NCBI GenBank assembly: GCA_010015585.1 | Contig: ML975166.1 | Reading direction: 5' to 3' (one strand) | DNA from: Eremomyces bilateralis CBS 781.70 | Lineage: Eukaryota | DNA length: 59,090 nucleotides | Shown here: one piece after another, positions 1 to 11,900 of the stretch | Numbering within the stretch: the stretch's first letter is position 1 | Layout of the letters: every line of letters begins with the position of its first letter | Position numbers and translations under genes: made by a program | The notes under the pieces: model-generated | Database searches by the model: none | Told to the model about the DNA's origin: nothing | Seen by the model: only the letters and a program-made list of their open reading frames with translations

Positions 1-329
1 TTACCATGAGTACCCACGTATGGCTGCAGCTGCCAGAGATTATTTGGCTATACCAGCATCTGGGGTATCAGTCGAAAGACTGTTCAGTGGGGGAAGAGAT
101 CTCTTAGGAGTGCGGAGGAGCTCAATGAGTGCAGAGACTATGAGGCGTCTTATGATGCTGCGAGATACATGGAAATAGCTTCAGAGATTTACGAATAATT
201 ACGAATAATTACGAATAATGCGAATATTATTCGTACGAATATTAGTAAGCGGAAATTCTAAATTTTATTCGTATTCGACTACGAATATTCGTACGAATAT
301 TCGTAATCGAATATTCGTGTCCAGCCCTA
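1..329 (+). mobile_element. 3' end of a hAT DNA transposon with subterminal repeats and TIR
   Basis: After the transposase stop, an array of TACGAATA(A/T)T / CGAATATTCG repeats (~190-317) ends in GTCCAGCCCTA (reverse complement TAGGGCTGGAC, a hAT-like TIR) at 329. Candidate 8-bp TSD AACCAGTC at 330-337. Confidence 0.85.
2..178 (+). CDS. C-terminal end of a hAT-family transposase (dimerisation domain), truncated by the window edge
   Basis: Frame 2 reads YHEYPRMAAAARDYLAIPASGVSVERLFSGGRDLLGVRRSSMSAETMRRLMMLRDTWK*. The YP..A..ARDYLAIPAS.V.VERLFS motif is characteristic of the hAT dimerisation domain. Not in the ORF track because it has no start codon. Confidence 0.9.
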   Translation, partial: YHEYPRMAAAARDYLAIPASGVSVERLFSGGRDLLGVRRSSMSAETMRRLMMLRDTWK

Positions 330-1157
330 AACCAGTCTATAAATAATTAAATCCGACATGCATGATGAATCAGACCTGCTGAATCCACGACATCCATGAT
401 TCTGGAGTGATATTTGACTGGATTGCTGGTGGGATTGCTGCCCCGTTGTCGGGCAAGGATCTGGTGATCACGTGGTTGGTCCTTTGGACCTTAATCAGTC
501 TGTCCTTACCATAGAAGAATCCTAACTTTATCGACTTTCCCTTAGTTACAATACAACAACCTTCCATAGTTTCGTGAATTCTTTGTATCACCATGTCAGG
601 GGATCCAATGTCAGGTGATATATCCGATCCCCACTGTAGCCACATGCAATGCCCACATCTCATGTAAGTAGAGACTTTACCAGTCTGACGCCACACCATA
701 CGCCACATCTCGATGTCTGTGCAGCGCCACGTCCAGTCGGATTCGTGCAGGCGCCACCTTGTGAATTTTGTTCCAGGTCGGCGCCTTCCCGAACATGCAA
801 GTGGCTATCACACTTGACATTTCCAACTTCAAGTGGATTCCAATTTCCATCCTATCACCAACTCCTCGTCTCCCACTCGACCGAACACCTTGAACACTTC
901 ATATCCTCCAACCTTCACTTTCTCAATCCCTCCATCAACCAGCAGCTAGCAGGTGTTGTGGTCATTCTGCTGTTCAGTCGCAACGGAATTACCGCCACTC
1001 GAACCCCATCTTCTCCTCCCGTCGTCTCCAAGATTGCCGGATCCTTCACTCGATTCATACCATATCATCATCGTTCGTTTGCCTCTGAATAGCCTTGGGA
1101 TTGATCCACTGGCTCCGACATTCTCACCGACATCCACATCCGCCTTCGATCACTACT

Positions 1158-2061
1158 ATGACTGAACTTGCCCCAGCCCCGACTCTGGGAGAGCCTCAGT
1201 CTCCCGTTCCTTTGGACACAATCCCGATCTCTCCGGCAGATGGCACTGGCGCATCAGACAAGGAGGAACAGGCATCGTCCGACCAGCCCGTCACCGTGTT
1301 CCATGATCCCAACAACTTCAACGTTAAGCATCCGTTGATGAACACCTGGACTCTATGGTTCACCAAGCCACCGAGCGGAAAGGTATGGCGTTCCGTTCTC
1401 TATTCACGGATTTTAAGGGGGTAAGAACTGACAGCAGCTAGGGCGATAACTGGAACGAGCTTCTCAAAGAGGTCATCACTTTCGGTTCGGTGGAAGAGTT
1501 TTGGGGAATCCACGTATGCGCTTTCCTAGCTTTCCCTTTCCTATCTTCTCGTGCTAATCGAACCGATGGATACAGAACAATATCACCGCGGTCTCCGAGC
1601 TCTCTCTCAAGTCCGATTACCATATGTTCAAAAAGGGCATTCGACCGGAATGGGAGGACCCCCAAAACAGGCATGGCGGCAAATGGGCGTTTCAATTCAA
1701 GGACAAGAAGGCCATCGACATCGACGCGTTGTGGCTGCATATGATGCTTGCTGCCATCGGCGAAACCCTTGAGGATGAAGGTGATAACGAGGTCATGGGC
1801 GTCGTTGTTAATGTCCGCAAAGTTTTCTACCGGATCGGTCTCTGGACTCGCACCGTCGGGAAGGCGACCACTAGCGGGGGAGAGAATGGATCGGGCGGGA
1901 AGACTCGAACCGCCGACCAGGGTAAGGATGTGCTGCTGAAAATCGGGCGACGGTTCAAGGGAGCATTGGACTTGAAGGATACCGACCAGGTCGAGTTCTC
2001 AGGCCACATGGACAGCGCTCATTCTGGCAGCACGCGAGCGAAGGCGAAGTTGGTGGTGTGA
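1158..2061 (+). CDS. TIF45: Translation initiation factor eIF4E (cap-binding); 3 exons, introns 1383-1441 and 1514-1575
   Basis: KHPLMNTWTLWF, DNW..L..V..F.SVEEFW, FKKGIRPEWEDP.N..GGKW and GVVVNVRK..YRIGLW motifs join across canonical introns. Confidence 0.95.
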
Positions 2062-2938
2062 TTGGGTCGCATCCCAGCGCACCATGTACCGAGAACGGCC
2101 TTGATTCTCACTTGTCGGACCGGCTCCTTTCGCATGCAGTTGTTTTGAACCGACATGCATGGTGGGGCGGTCTTTGGGTCGTATGGCCCTAGGGGAAAGG
2201 AAAAAACCTGGAGGTGAAAAAGTGGCCCTCCGAGGTTTTTATTGCAGTCATGAATCGTTCTTTCGCATGACCAAGGAATGGGAAGAGCCCGGCGTCAGGA
2301 CACTATCATTCGACGGACAATGATGATAGAGGGTTGTTTTATCGAACCGATGGACATTGAAGGCAGGGATGGGATATGTGTCCAATATCTTAGCAAGGAG
2401 CATCAACATCATGGATAGATAGGTCTAATCCGGAGATATCTCTACCAGCATGGATTTCCCCTTGATGATTGATCCTGTGATACCCGGCGGCTCGGATCAC
2501 GCGCCACACTTCTCAGTTCTCACATGCACGTTCAACGTAACAAGTAATAAATTAACAAGTAAGTTACGGATACTCCGTAACAAGTAATTACAAGTTGAAT
2601 CAACCCGTGCACGTGCCCTCTCCTGCCAGGTGTGCCGTGTGCGGTGTGGCGTCTTATTACTACCACGACAGCCTAGCGCTTGCAATGCCCTATTTTGAAA
2701 GTTACGTACGCTCATCGGCTCCCGGTCCTGTCAAGTTAAGTTGGCATCTGACGTCCGAACGCGCAGCTCCATCGGGCCTCTCTTAATACTTTACCTCCAT
2801 TTCATGTTTTCATGATATCAATTTTCACCCTGCCAACCCTCCAATATTCCCACACCCTCAATAACCTATCCTGTACGAGAGAGTTTGATCCTCTACCTAC
2901 TCTATCCTACCATATCGCCAGCCATCGATTCCTAGATC

Positions 2939-4704
2939 ATGGTGGTCGATACGGCCTATTATGACGCCTTGGGCGTTTCCCCCACCGCCACCGAGCTGGA
3001 AATCAAGAAAGCGTACCGAAAACGCGCCATACAGCTACATCCAGGTCGGTCAACTATGCACCATGGATTCTCCTCGAAGATTGCTAACATCGCCGCCTGT
3101 TAGACAAGAATCCCGATGACGAAACTGCCCATGAAAAGTTTCAAACTGTAGGCCGAATTCGCCGCCGTGCCTCTCTCCGTGCTTACCATGCATGTTCTAG
3201 ATCGGTGAAGCCTACCAAGTTCTGAGCGACAAGGCTCTGCGAAGTCAATACGACAAGCATGGGAAAGAGGGCGCCATTCCGAGCGCGGGATTCGGTATGC
3301 CACCCAACATCCTAGTGATGGGTTTCAACTAAATATGAGATGCAGAGGATCCGGCCGAGTTCCTTACGATGATTTTTGGAGGCGATGCGTTTATGGATTG
3401 GTAAATGATGCTGGATACTCGTGACGGAAACCGGGCTAACTGGCTAGGATCGGCGAAATCTCCCTCATGAAAGACCTCCTGAAGACGATGGAGATATCTA
3501 CAAAGGAGATGGAGGAAAATGAGGCCCGTGCCGCAGCAGAAGCAGAAGCAGAAGCGGCAGCTAGCGCAGGGAATGGTAAAGAGACGCCCGAGGCATCATC
3601 TTCCGCACCCCCACCGTACGTCGAAGTCGAATCCGCCGGAGATTCATATCCGCCCGAGAAACCGAAACCCGCCATGAAGGAGACAGCCACACCATCCCCA
3701 ACACGCTCTGGCACGAGTACTCCCCGTCCCGCCGGTATACCCACGCGATTAGCCATCATGGGGAAGTCGGAGGAAGATGCCCGGCTGGATGCAGCCGGAG
3801 TCTCTGAAGCCGAGAAGGAGCTCCAGGCGAAAGAGAAGAAGAAGGGCGGATTGACGAGAGAGCAACGAGAGGAGTTGGCTGCATACGAGATGGAACGAAG
3901 AAAGATCCGAGAAGAGCGTGTCGACACTCTGGGAAAGAAGTTAACCGATAAAATCAGCCTGTGGACGGAAACAGATAAAGGGCCGGATGTTACTGCCGCT
4001 TTCAAGGAGAAGATCCACCTGGAGATTGAGAACCTAAAAATGGAGAGTTTCGGTTTGGAAATCTTGCACGCCATCGGCGCGACGTACCTCCAGAAATCAA
4101 CCTCATTCCTAAAGAGTCAAAAGTTCCTGGGCATCTCCGGCTTCTTCTCTAGGCTCAAAGACAAGGGTACTCTAGCCAAAGAGACGTGGACCACCATCTC
4201 CACGGCCATCGATGCGCAGCATACCATGCAGGAAATGGTCCACCTGGAGGAGCGGGGCGGGGAGGACTGGACCGAGGAGAAAAAGGCCGAGTATGAGAGG
4301 AGGGTTACGGGGAAGGTTCTGGCCGCCGCATGGAGAGGAAGCAAATTGGAAGTCCAGAGTGTCTTACGGGAGGTGTGTGACCGAGTCTTGAACGACCCTT
4401 CTGTCCGACTAGAGAAGCGGATAGAAAGGGCGCACGCATTATCCATGGCCGGAGAGATGTTCGCAAAGGTACGTGTTCTTTCCTCTATCATCGATCCTGC
4501 CATCTGTCAACCGAGCCTAGGCTGACCCGAGGTTTTCAGGCTGCCCGAGACCCCGAAGAAGAAGGCGACTTCATGGCGTTCGAAATGCTCATGGCTGAGG
4601 CCGCGGCGAAAAAGGAGAAGACCAAGTCCGACAAGAAAAATAAGAAGAGTAAAAAGGACGAGTCGATGGCATCATCATCCACCCAACCTCCGGACTTTAA
4701 ATAA
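2939..4704 (+). CDS. DJP1: DnaJ co-chaperone with DnaJ-X domain (Djp1/Caj1 family); multi-exon
   Basis: [13 protein letters not shown]...EIKKAYRK.A...HPDKNP J domain split by introns. Downstream [19 protein letters not shown] and [19 protein letters not shown] match the X domain. Confidence 0.9.
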
Positions 4705-5826
4705 AGCTAGCCACGGCAGCTATCATGCCCGAACCCGAAGCCGATGGTGTAATGGGCTTCAACGATCTGATCTTCTCGATCTGGCCTTAGGCGGACTTTT
4801 CACTCCGGCTACGTTGTGTAGCATTAGAATTGAGGAGCCGAGTGCACCTTGGGAGTTATCTACGACTAGATCCACTGACATGCGTTACATAGACACACTG
4901 GAACCACACCTGTTTGAACTCGCATGTTAAACTCATCTGTGATTAGTACTCAAAGTCATCCTGCTTACGGCATGTGCTCTGATCTGGTATGGCAAAGCAA
5001 TTCCACCACTTTGGACAACATGACCAGGAGGAGTCGTCATTGTCGATTCAACGACTGTCTTTAGCTCGGGTCGTGATTAGGAGTGGCCACTATTTTCCCG
5101 TTTCCCAGGCCCATACTCCGGTTTGGATTATATTCAGTGAATATGAATTCAATTTCTAATAATTTCCGGATTTTTGGTTCTCCTCCGCATCTGAGACAAG
5201 CAGATCATGGCTTCCGATCTCACTGGCTGATCCGAAATCGCACAAGTCTTTTAAGGTTTATATTATTCCGGATACCCTCCCGCGACCAGCATGATTTGGA
5301 CGACAGTAACAAGACGACAGAGAAGATGTAACAAAAGTAGGCTTCCTCGCTCTTCTCCGTGCCATGTTTGACTGCTGTTGCTTTCCTCTCAAGTTCGTAC
5401 TAGCAAAATATGCCTTATGGTTGCATGGCATATTTACGGTCGACAGGTTCCGAACGGACGGCACGAAACGATCGGCGAGAAACATCTGACCGGAGCCTTT
5501 GTCGAGTGAGTTCATACATCATGGACGGATTTGAGCCAGCCGAGATTTGCACCTATCCAATTTTTAATGATCTCTTCGTCTACAATATGCCCCCGGACCT
5601 TCCCCGTCCCATCGCTCCCCTCCCTTTGCATAGCGGATGCCCGTGTTTGACCTAAGCAATGGCGGTGTTTGGGGACTTGATATTCAGCACTGATAGCAGA
5701 TATCTTCACTCCATAGCAAGTCGAAATCAACTTCCATGTCACCGAATAACAATAAGATATTGAGTATGAGTCACTGGTGACTTGAAGTATGGTTTGTGAT
5801 GGAAATAACTTTCGAGGCCATGCTAC

Positions 5827-8800
5827 TTAACAAGACTTGACGACGTCCTCACATCGTACACATAGATCTTCCTGGGAATTTGCGACATGTCTCCAGCACC
5901 GCGGGCATTTTGCGCGGGGAGAAGGGTGTACTGAGACACGGCCTTGACAGCCAGCAAATTCGAACTTCTCCTCGAACTCCCAGGCCGTGATATTCTCCAT
6001 TGGACGGTCTCCCTTGATAACTTGTACTTCGGACACTACCAGTACTGCTGCCAATTCGTCGGCAAAGCCATCCCCAAAACGCGTTTCACCACCTCCGGCG
6101 TTCTCAATATCGCTCAGGCTCTGCCAGATATCCGCAGCAGATTCCGAGAGATGGACGACCACACTTGTCTCTAAGCCGGAACCTATCAAGCCCTTCGATC
6201 TTGCCGCTTCTTGCGCAGTTTTTACGGCGGAACTTAGCGTCTTTAGAAGTGCAAACTGTTCGTCCAAGGACTGCGTTGCCACTAGACCCTCAACACTCTC
6301 CTTGCCAAGGCTCAGCATTAAACTGCTCGGTTCCCAAAGCCTTTGAAGTGGATGTTGAAGCTGCGGCTGCAAGTGAACGGGAGCATGCGCATATGTCTCT
6401 TCCACCAACAATGGGGTAATGGGACTGAGAATCTTCAACAACGCCTGGAAGATCTGGAAACACACGAATTGTGCAGCCATTCGGTCTTCCCCCCCTCCGG
6501 TGTAGAGTCTATCTTTTAATGCTTCGAAGTAGAAAGCGGACAGGTCTGTGTTAATGTAGTGGTTGAGTCTTTGTATGCCTCTGTGGAACTCGTACGATCG
6601 ATAGTGAGCAACGATGTCTTGATATGTTCCCTCCAGCTGCACCATTGCCATTTGATCCATCCAGCGGAACTGGGCTACGTCTCGACCCTTCCACTCAGAC
6701 GGTTGGTAATGGTTTAGCACCCCTAAAAGCCATTTCAGAGTGACTCGGGCTTTGTGGAGATTGCCCGACACGAGCTTCAGAAGGGTTTCCCCAAGAACTA
6801 TATCCTTGGTATAATCGCTTCCGGCAACCCAAAGACGAAGAACATCAGGCCCAAGCGCGTCATATACTTGACCTTTTGCCCCATGGCTACCTTTGCCTTT
6901 CTTTTTCAAAGGAGGCAACAAAGAGCCATCCATGATCTGACTCGGAGCGACGACGTTTCCGATTGATTTGCTCATCTTGATGCCATGCTCATCCAAAGTG
7001 AAACCATGCGTGATCAAGGTTTTGAATGGTGCAACCACTGGTGCTGTCTGGGATGGAGATGAACTAGCATCATTCCGTAAAAGCTGCTCGGAAACGAAAG
7101 TGAGGAGGGACGATTGAAACCAGCCCCGATGCTGATCGGACCCTTCAAGGTAGACATCCGCCACTGGTGTGCTTGTGTCCTTCGCAAGTGTCATCCAGCT
7201 AGTACCGCTGTCAAACCACACATCCATCGTGTCCTTTCCTCGCTCGTAGGAACCAGACAAATTCGGAGGAATCCATGCTTGATCATCTTCTGCGTCAGTC
7301 CACCAACAGTCAACGCCACGCTGTCGCATGGTATCCAGGATGTGTTCTATCGTCCCTTCAGTCATTATCGGCTGACGATCCCCCTTATCGGTTCTGTAGA
7401 GGGCGGGAATCGGCACGCCCCATGATCTCTGCCGTGAGATACACCAATGGCTTCGCCCATTGACGAAACTCTCTAGGCGTGCTCTGCTTGACTCTGGTAG
7501 GAACTTTACGTTGGTTAAAGCTTGGATCGCGTGGGGCTTGATTTCCGCAACGTCGGCGAACCATTGCTCGGTGGCACGAATGATGAGCGGCTGCTTGGTT
7601 CGCCAATCGATAGGATACTTGTGAGTAATTTCGTGGGTCGCGAGAACACTGAGACTGCGAGAGGGATCTCCATTCTGTTCGGCTCGGAGGTAATCCAGGA
7701 TCGCCACGGTCCCCTCTGTCTGTACAGGCTTTCCCGCAAGTGTCTCTGGGGAAGCCGGTAATGCCTCGGAAGTGAACCGCGCATAATCATCAACAGGGGC
7801 GAACGGCTCCAATCCCAAGTCGGCACACATGTTGTAGTCGTCCACGCCATGTCCGGGGGCCATATGGACCAGCCCTGACCCCGAGCTGGATGTGACAAAG
7901 TCCGCATGGACCACTTTCTGACGCTGATTTCTTTGCAGTGGATTGAGATATTCCACCTGACCGGCAATCTCCTTTCCAGAAATGGGACCTGCAATAATAG
8001 ATACGCTCTCCGAATTCAGGATCGTCTGTAGGAACTCGACTCGGGTCGTGCACACCAAGTATTGGGGCAGTCCGGAGGATAGTTCAGAGCTTATCCTGGG
8101 CTCAACAACGTAGTAATCCAGAATATTGTTGACCGCAATGGCTTTGTTCGCAGGGAGAGTCCAAGGAGTTGTTGTCCAGACAAGAGCTCTCAATCGCGCT
8201 GGATCGACGCCCGGCATTTGAGATATCGTCGTCGGCAGGGAAACAATAGGATAGCCAATGAACGCCGCAGTGGATTTAAAATTGTCGTCATACTCAAGTT
8301 CTGCTTCAGCTAACGCTGTTCGCGATGATCCGGACCAGTACACTGGTTTCTTCGCCCGATAGATCAGCCTATTTCTGACCATGTTCTTGAATACTTGGAG
8401 CTGATTCAGTTCAAATTCAGCATCCAGAGTCTTGTAGGCATTGCCCCAGTCACCCATTACCGCCCACTCTTTGAACCCTCGCTTCTGCTCCTCGATTGTG
8501 TCCAGTGCAAATCGTCGGGCGGCATTGCGTATTTGGGGGGGATCCAGCCCAGATTTCTGCGCTTGTATAGCTTTGAGCTCAATCGGTAGGCCGTGACAAT
8601 CCCATCCGGGGACATATTGGACTCGCTTGCCTTCACCGACTTGAAACCGACAGATGATATCCTTCAAAATCTTGTTCACGGCATGGCCAGCGTGAAGTCC
8701 ACCGTTCGCATAAGGCGGCCCGTCGTGAAGAGTGAAGGAGGGCCTATCTACCTGAGCACCTTGCCAACTGTAGAACTCATCGGTGCAACGAGCTAGGTAG

Positions 8801-8892
8801 GGCGAAGGTAACGGCGGCCTCGCGGGAAGGGTGGATTTCGGAAGCTTGAGAGTTGCCGTCCATTGTGCTCGAAACGGCGAAGAGATTCTCAT
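5827..8892 (-). CDS. ISM1: Mitochondrial isoleucyl-tRNA synthetase
   Basis: LHDGPPYANG.LHAGH (HIGH-like), PGWDCHGLPIE, WTTTPWTLP, WCISRQR.WGVPIP, EGSDQHRGWFQS, KMSKS and C-terminal CPRCW..C.RC zinc motif (bacterial/mitochondrial type). First ATG at 8892. Confidence 0.95.
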   Translation of the reverse strand: MRISSPFRAQWTATLKLPKSTLPARPPLPSPYLARCTDEFYSWQGAQVDRPSFTLHDGPPYANGGLHAGHAVNKILKDIICRFQVGEGKRVQYVPGWDCHGLPIELKAIQAQKSGLDPPQIRNAARRFALDTIEEQKRGFKEWAVMGDWGNAYKTLDAEFELNQLQVFKNMVRNRLIYRAKKPVYWSGSSRTALAEAELEYDDNFKSTAAFIGYPIVSLPTTISQMPGVDPARLRALVWTTTPWTLPANKAIAVNNILDYYVVEPRISSELSSGLPQYLVCTTRVEFLQTILNSESVSIIAGPISGKEIAGQVEYLNPLQRNQRQKVVHADFVTSSSGSGLVHMAPGHGVDDYNMCADLGLEPFAPVDDYARFTSEALPASPETLAGKPVQTEGTVAILDYLRAEQNGDPSRSLSVLATHEITHKYPIDWRTKQPLIIRATEQWFADVAEIKPHAIQALTNVKFLPESSRARLESFVNGRSHWCISRQRSWGVPIPALYRTDKGDRQPIMTEGTIEHILDTMRQRGVDCWWTDAEDDQAWIPPNLSGSYERGKDTMDVWFDSGTSWMTLAKDTSTPVADVYLEGSDQHRGWFQSSLLTFVSEQLLRNDASSSPSQTAPVVAPFKTLITHGFTLDEHGIKMSKSIGNVVAPSQIMDGSLLPPLKKKGKGSHGAKGQVYDALGPDVLRLWVAGSDYTKDIVLGETLLKLVSGNLHKARVTLKWLLGVLNHYQPSEWKGRDVAQFRWMDQMAMVQLEGTYQDIVAHYRSYEFHRGIQRLNHYINTDLSAFYFEALKDRLYTGGGEDRMAAQFVCFQIFQALLKILSPITPLLVEETYAHAPVHLQPQLQHPLQRLWEPSSLMLSLGKESVEGLVATQSLDEQFALLKTLSSAVKTAQEAARSKGLIGSGLETSVVVHLSESAADIWQSLSDIENAGGGETRFGDGFADELAAVLVVSEVQVIKGDRPMENITAWEFEEKFEFAGCQGRVSVHPSPRAKCPRCWRHVANSQEDLCVRCEDVVKSC

Positions 8893-9243
8893 AATCCCTC
8901 TTGATTCATGACTATAACGAGCGAGCACGACTGTACGCGGACAAAGGCGCGTCAATAATTACGGCTGAGCAATAACGAACGTAAACTTCCTCAGCATAGG
9001 GTTTGGTCTGACGATATTGCTTCGAGATCAGGGCGATGGGAAATTTCAACGCGCTGTCACGTGAGTTGACTTCTCAGACGACGAGACCAGGCAATCTACC
9101 AAAAGGGGTGTCTTCTGCCAGGTTTGCTAAGGTAACTAGTTTGAATATCTCTAACTAATTATTCTGAATGATAGAGCATAAATGTAATTGTATTGTCCTA
9201 CGGCCATTCTCCAAACGCCAGTCTACTAAACCTCAAATTTAGC

Positions 9244-10868
9244 TCAAAATACTGTCAGAGCACTAATAGACCCGTTCTTTAAGACTTCAAAGACCATTCC
9301 TGGAAAGCCAAACAACTCCGTATTCCCAAGACTCTGCTCCCCACGTAAAGCATCTTCCTCGGGTTGTCGCCATCTTGCGGTTGATGTGGAATCGGCACTC
9401 TCCTCCCACCCTCCAAGCAATTCGCAGCTACTACTCGGACTACCACCCCATCCGCGATTGAGGACCATCGGCCTTTGCTGAGAACCTTCCTCATCCGTAT
9501 TGCTGTATGTCTCGTGGAAAACTTCCTTGAGTCGACCCGAAACATCGCCAAAAGGCATTTCGGAATTCAGTGGCTCCTTGTATTGGTTTGAAGGGACATG
9601 CTCCAGGGTCCACCTGCTCCTGCGGTGCCGGTTGAACGAGAAGGAGCCGGGGATGTTGGCATGAAAGATGATTTTTGATACCGTTAAGTGGTTCCCAGAG
9701 AAGGGACCATGACGTGAAATATTGCTAACTTCGTCCCGGGAGGGAGATGTCGGGGAAATCGGTGAGATGAACGTCGGCTTTGTCAGGAACACATCGAAGC
9801 CGTGTTGAAAGTAGTTGTAGAAGCATTCTGCAGATGCAGCCTCGTGGTCAGCGAGGTTCAAGTTACCATCGTCCTCCCTGTCGGAATCGTCGGTCTCGGT
9901 ATGACTTGATGAGTGGTCGGTGTCCACCAGGTCCTCTTGATTCGGAGAGTCAAAGCCCTGAAAGGTGGTGTCCCCATGAGGTACTCCTCGATGAATCGAA
10001 AGACGATGGTCATTCTTGCGATAGATTGCATCCGGCGGGCCAAGCTCGGCTACCAAGTCCTGGGCCGTAGTCTCACTCAGAGTAATCGAAAAGGAGGGGC
10101 TCGACCGGCGCACAAGCTCAATTCGACCCTCCCCATAAATTTTGGCAAGTTCCACCTCGTCTGGAACCCCGTCTTTGGCACGGCTTGAGAGTGCAAGCGA
10201 TCTTGGATTTGGAGGTATTTCGGTGTATAGAGTATCCCGAGCTTTGGGCCAGGATTCGCCATGAAAAATTGCCATCGAAGTTGATGGGGAAGTGGCTGAG
10301 CTGGAGAGAAGTGAAACAAAATCCACGGATGGCGACCACGCGGATGAGAGGAGGGGGAATGTAAAGGATAATCCAGGGTAGGATAGTATATATGTTCCTT
10401 TGTCAACATCGTTTGAGCAAGGATGAAGGTACTCGCCGGGAAAGGTCGGGCCTAGGAGGCGTTGGTAAACGTGTCGAAATGTTGGACCCGTCGCGGTTGA
10501 TGTATAATCCACGTCTCCTGCAGAATCGGCAGGCTTGGTGACGTCGATCGACTTGTATGTAAGCTTAATTCTTGCGAAGTCAAGAACCTCGATCAGTCGA
10601 AGTCTCTGATCTGCCCCATCGAATCTTAGACGTAAACCATTTCGAGGAAGATCGATGACCACTGGAGTCCCCACTGGATCGGAGACAGAGTACGATAGAT
10701 CAATCTTTGGGAATAGTTGTGGTTGTGCCTTGAGACGGGTTAAAATACTATGAAGGGAAACTCCGAGTGCTATGCAATCCAGTCAGTATGTGATGCATCC
10801 ATTTCGGAATAATACGCACTGATAAATCCCAGAGAGCGGCCCGGGTGAACGGCAAAACCGGAGGTCAT
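9244..10868 (-). CDS. UPF0183 / PHAF1 (C16orf70-like) family protein; one 5' intron (~10771-10820)
   Basis: N-terminus MTSGFAVHPGRSLGF..LG.SLH.IL..LK..P..FP.I.L.Y; NGLRLRFDG.DQRLRLIEV; TTAQDLVAELGPP..IY.K.D.RL.IH; FYNYF.HGFD; K.I.H.N.PG...FNR..R.RW. Confidence 0.8.
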
Positions 10869-11647
10869 GTTGAAGAAGGTATCGTTAATCAAGTCGGCGT
10901 GATTGCCGCAGAGGTTTCTTTCGAGGATCCTATTCAACTAGCGAAGAATATAGAGATTGATAATGTGGTCGATAATGTGATGTTCTGGATGCCTTGAGAG
11001 AGACACGCGACGGTTCTAGCACCCTACTGCATGGGCATGCTTTGACTTGCAGCGACACTCTGTTCGGACATAAGAGAGTCGGCAGCGTAGTAGTAGGCTA
11101 ACGGGCTTGGAGTGTTACCTATCCCCAGTGTTTCAGATAGGCAACAGAATGAGCCGAAACAAAAAAATCGCTATTGAAATTCCTCGTTGAGTAATCGGTC
11201 CTGACGCAGAGCATGACCAAGATATCAAAAAGCCGATGAGGATGGCAGATAAAGCATTTGCGACATTTGAGGAGTCACGGTGGTTACATTACACGTGTAC
11301 AAGTAGATTTCTCCATCAACTGTCATGCACACTGCGATGTCTGACTCTTGTTCTGACAATGGGCTTTTGATGGGCCTCGTGATGTGACAGGGCTGGTTGT
11401 GCTCAGTGGGAGTTGAATGTTGATGTCAGTTGATAGCAAGGGGAAGTTCCCTTCTCTGGAGTCTACTCTCCAGGTTGTGACTAATCCCCTCACCCCTCCA
11501 GGCTCCAGCTCTGAAGTCTGAAGTGCTGATTCACGTGAGCAACAGCACCGCCTCAAATGCCGGTTCTGGAGCTCCCAGCCGGCCGGGACACTGTGGCTTG
11601 AAAGACTGTCACGTGTATCCCCCGCCCCACTTCGACCCATCCAATGA

Positions 11648-11653
11648 ACGCGT
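11648..11653. promoter_or_regulatory. MCB element (ACGCGT) upstream of POL32
   Basis: Perfect MluI cell-cycle box ~250 bp upstream of a replication gene; TCGCGT variant at 11711. Confidence 0.55.
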
Positions 11654-11900
11654 GACTAGGACAGGGATTATCGACATGGATTATCGACATGGATGATTGT
11701 CGTGTCGTGGTCGCGTCGAACCTGGAGGCAGAATCTTGATCATTTCGTAATAGAGGGAAGAAAGTTGCTTCTAAGTTCTAGTAATCATCCTTCGTAAATG
11801 AGACGGATTGTTAGCTTTATGCTGCCCGATTGCTGCGGTTATATTTCTCCATCCAGTTCCCCTGAATTCGAAGACATTCCCCGTGCCTGAATCCGAAAAC

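Noticed and set aside
190..317. CRISPR-like array (also 58500-58640)
   Set aside because: Eukaryotic context, no unique spacers; these are transposon subterminal repeats.
3436..4503. Long antisense ORFs (here and opposite other genes)
   Set aside because: Shadows of real coding sequence on the other strand with no recognisable motifs.
5083..5742. Small gene between DnaJ and ISM1
   Set aside because: Only short ORFs; no recognisable motif or consistent exon chain could be built.
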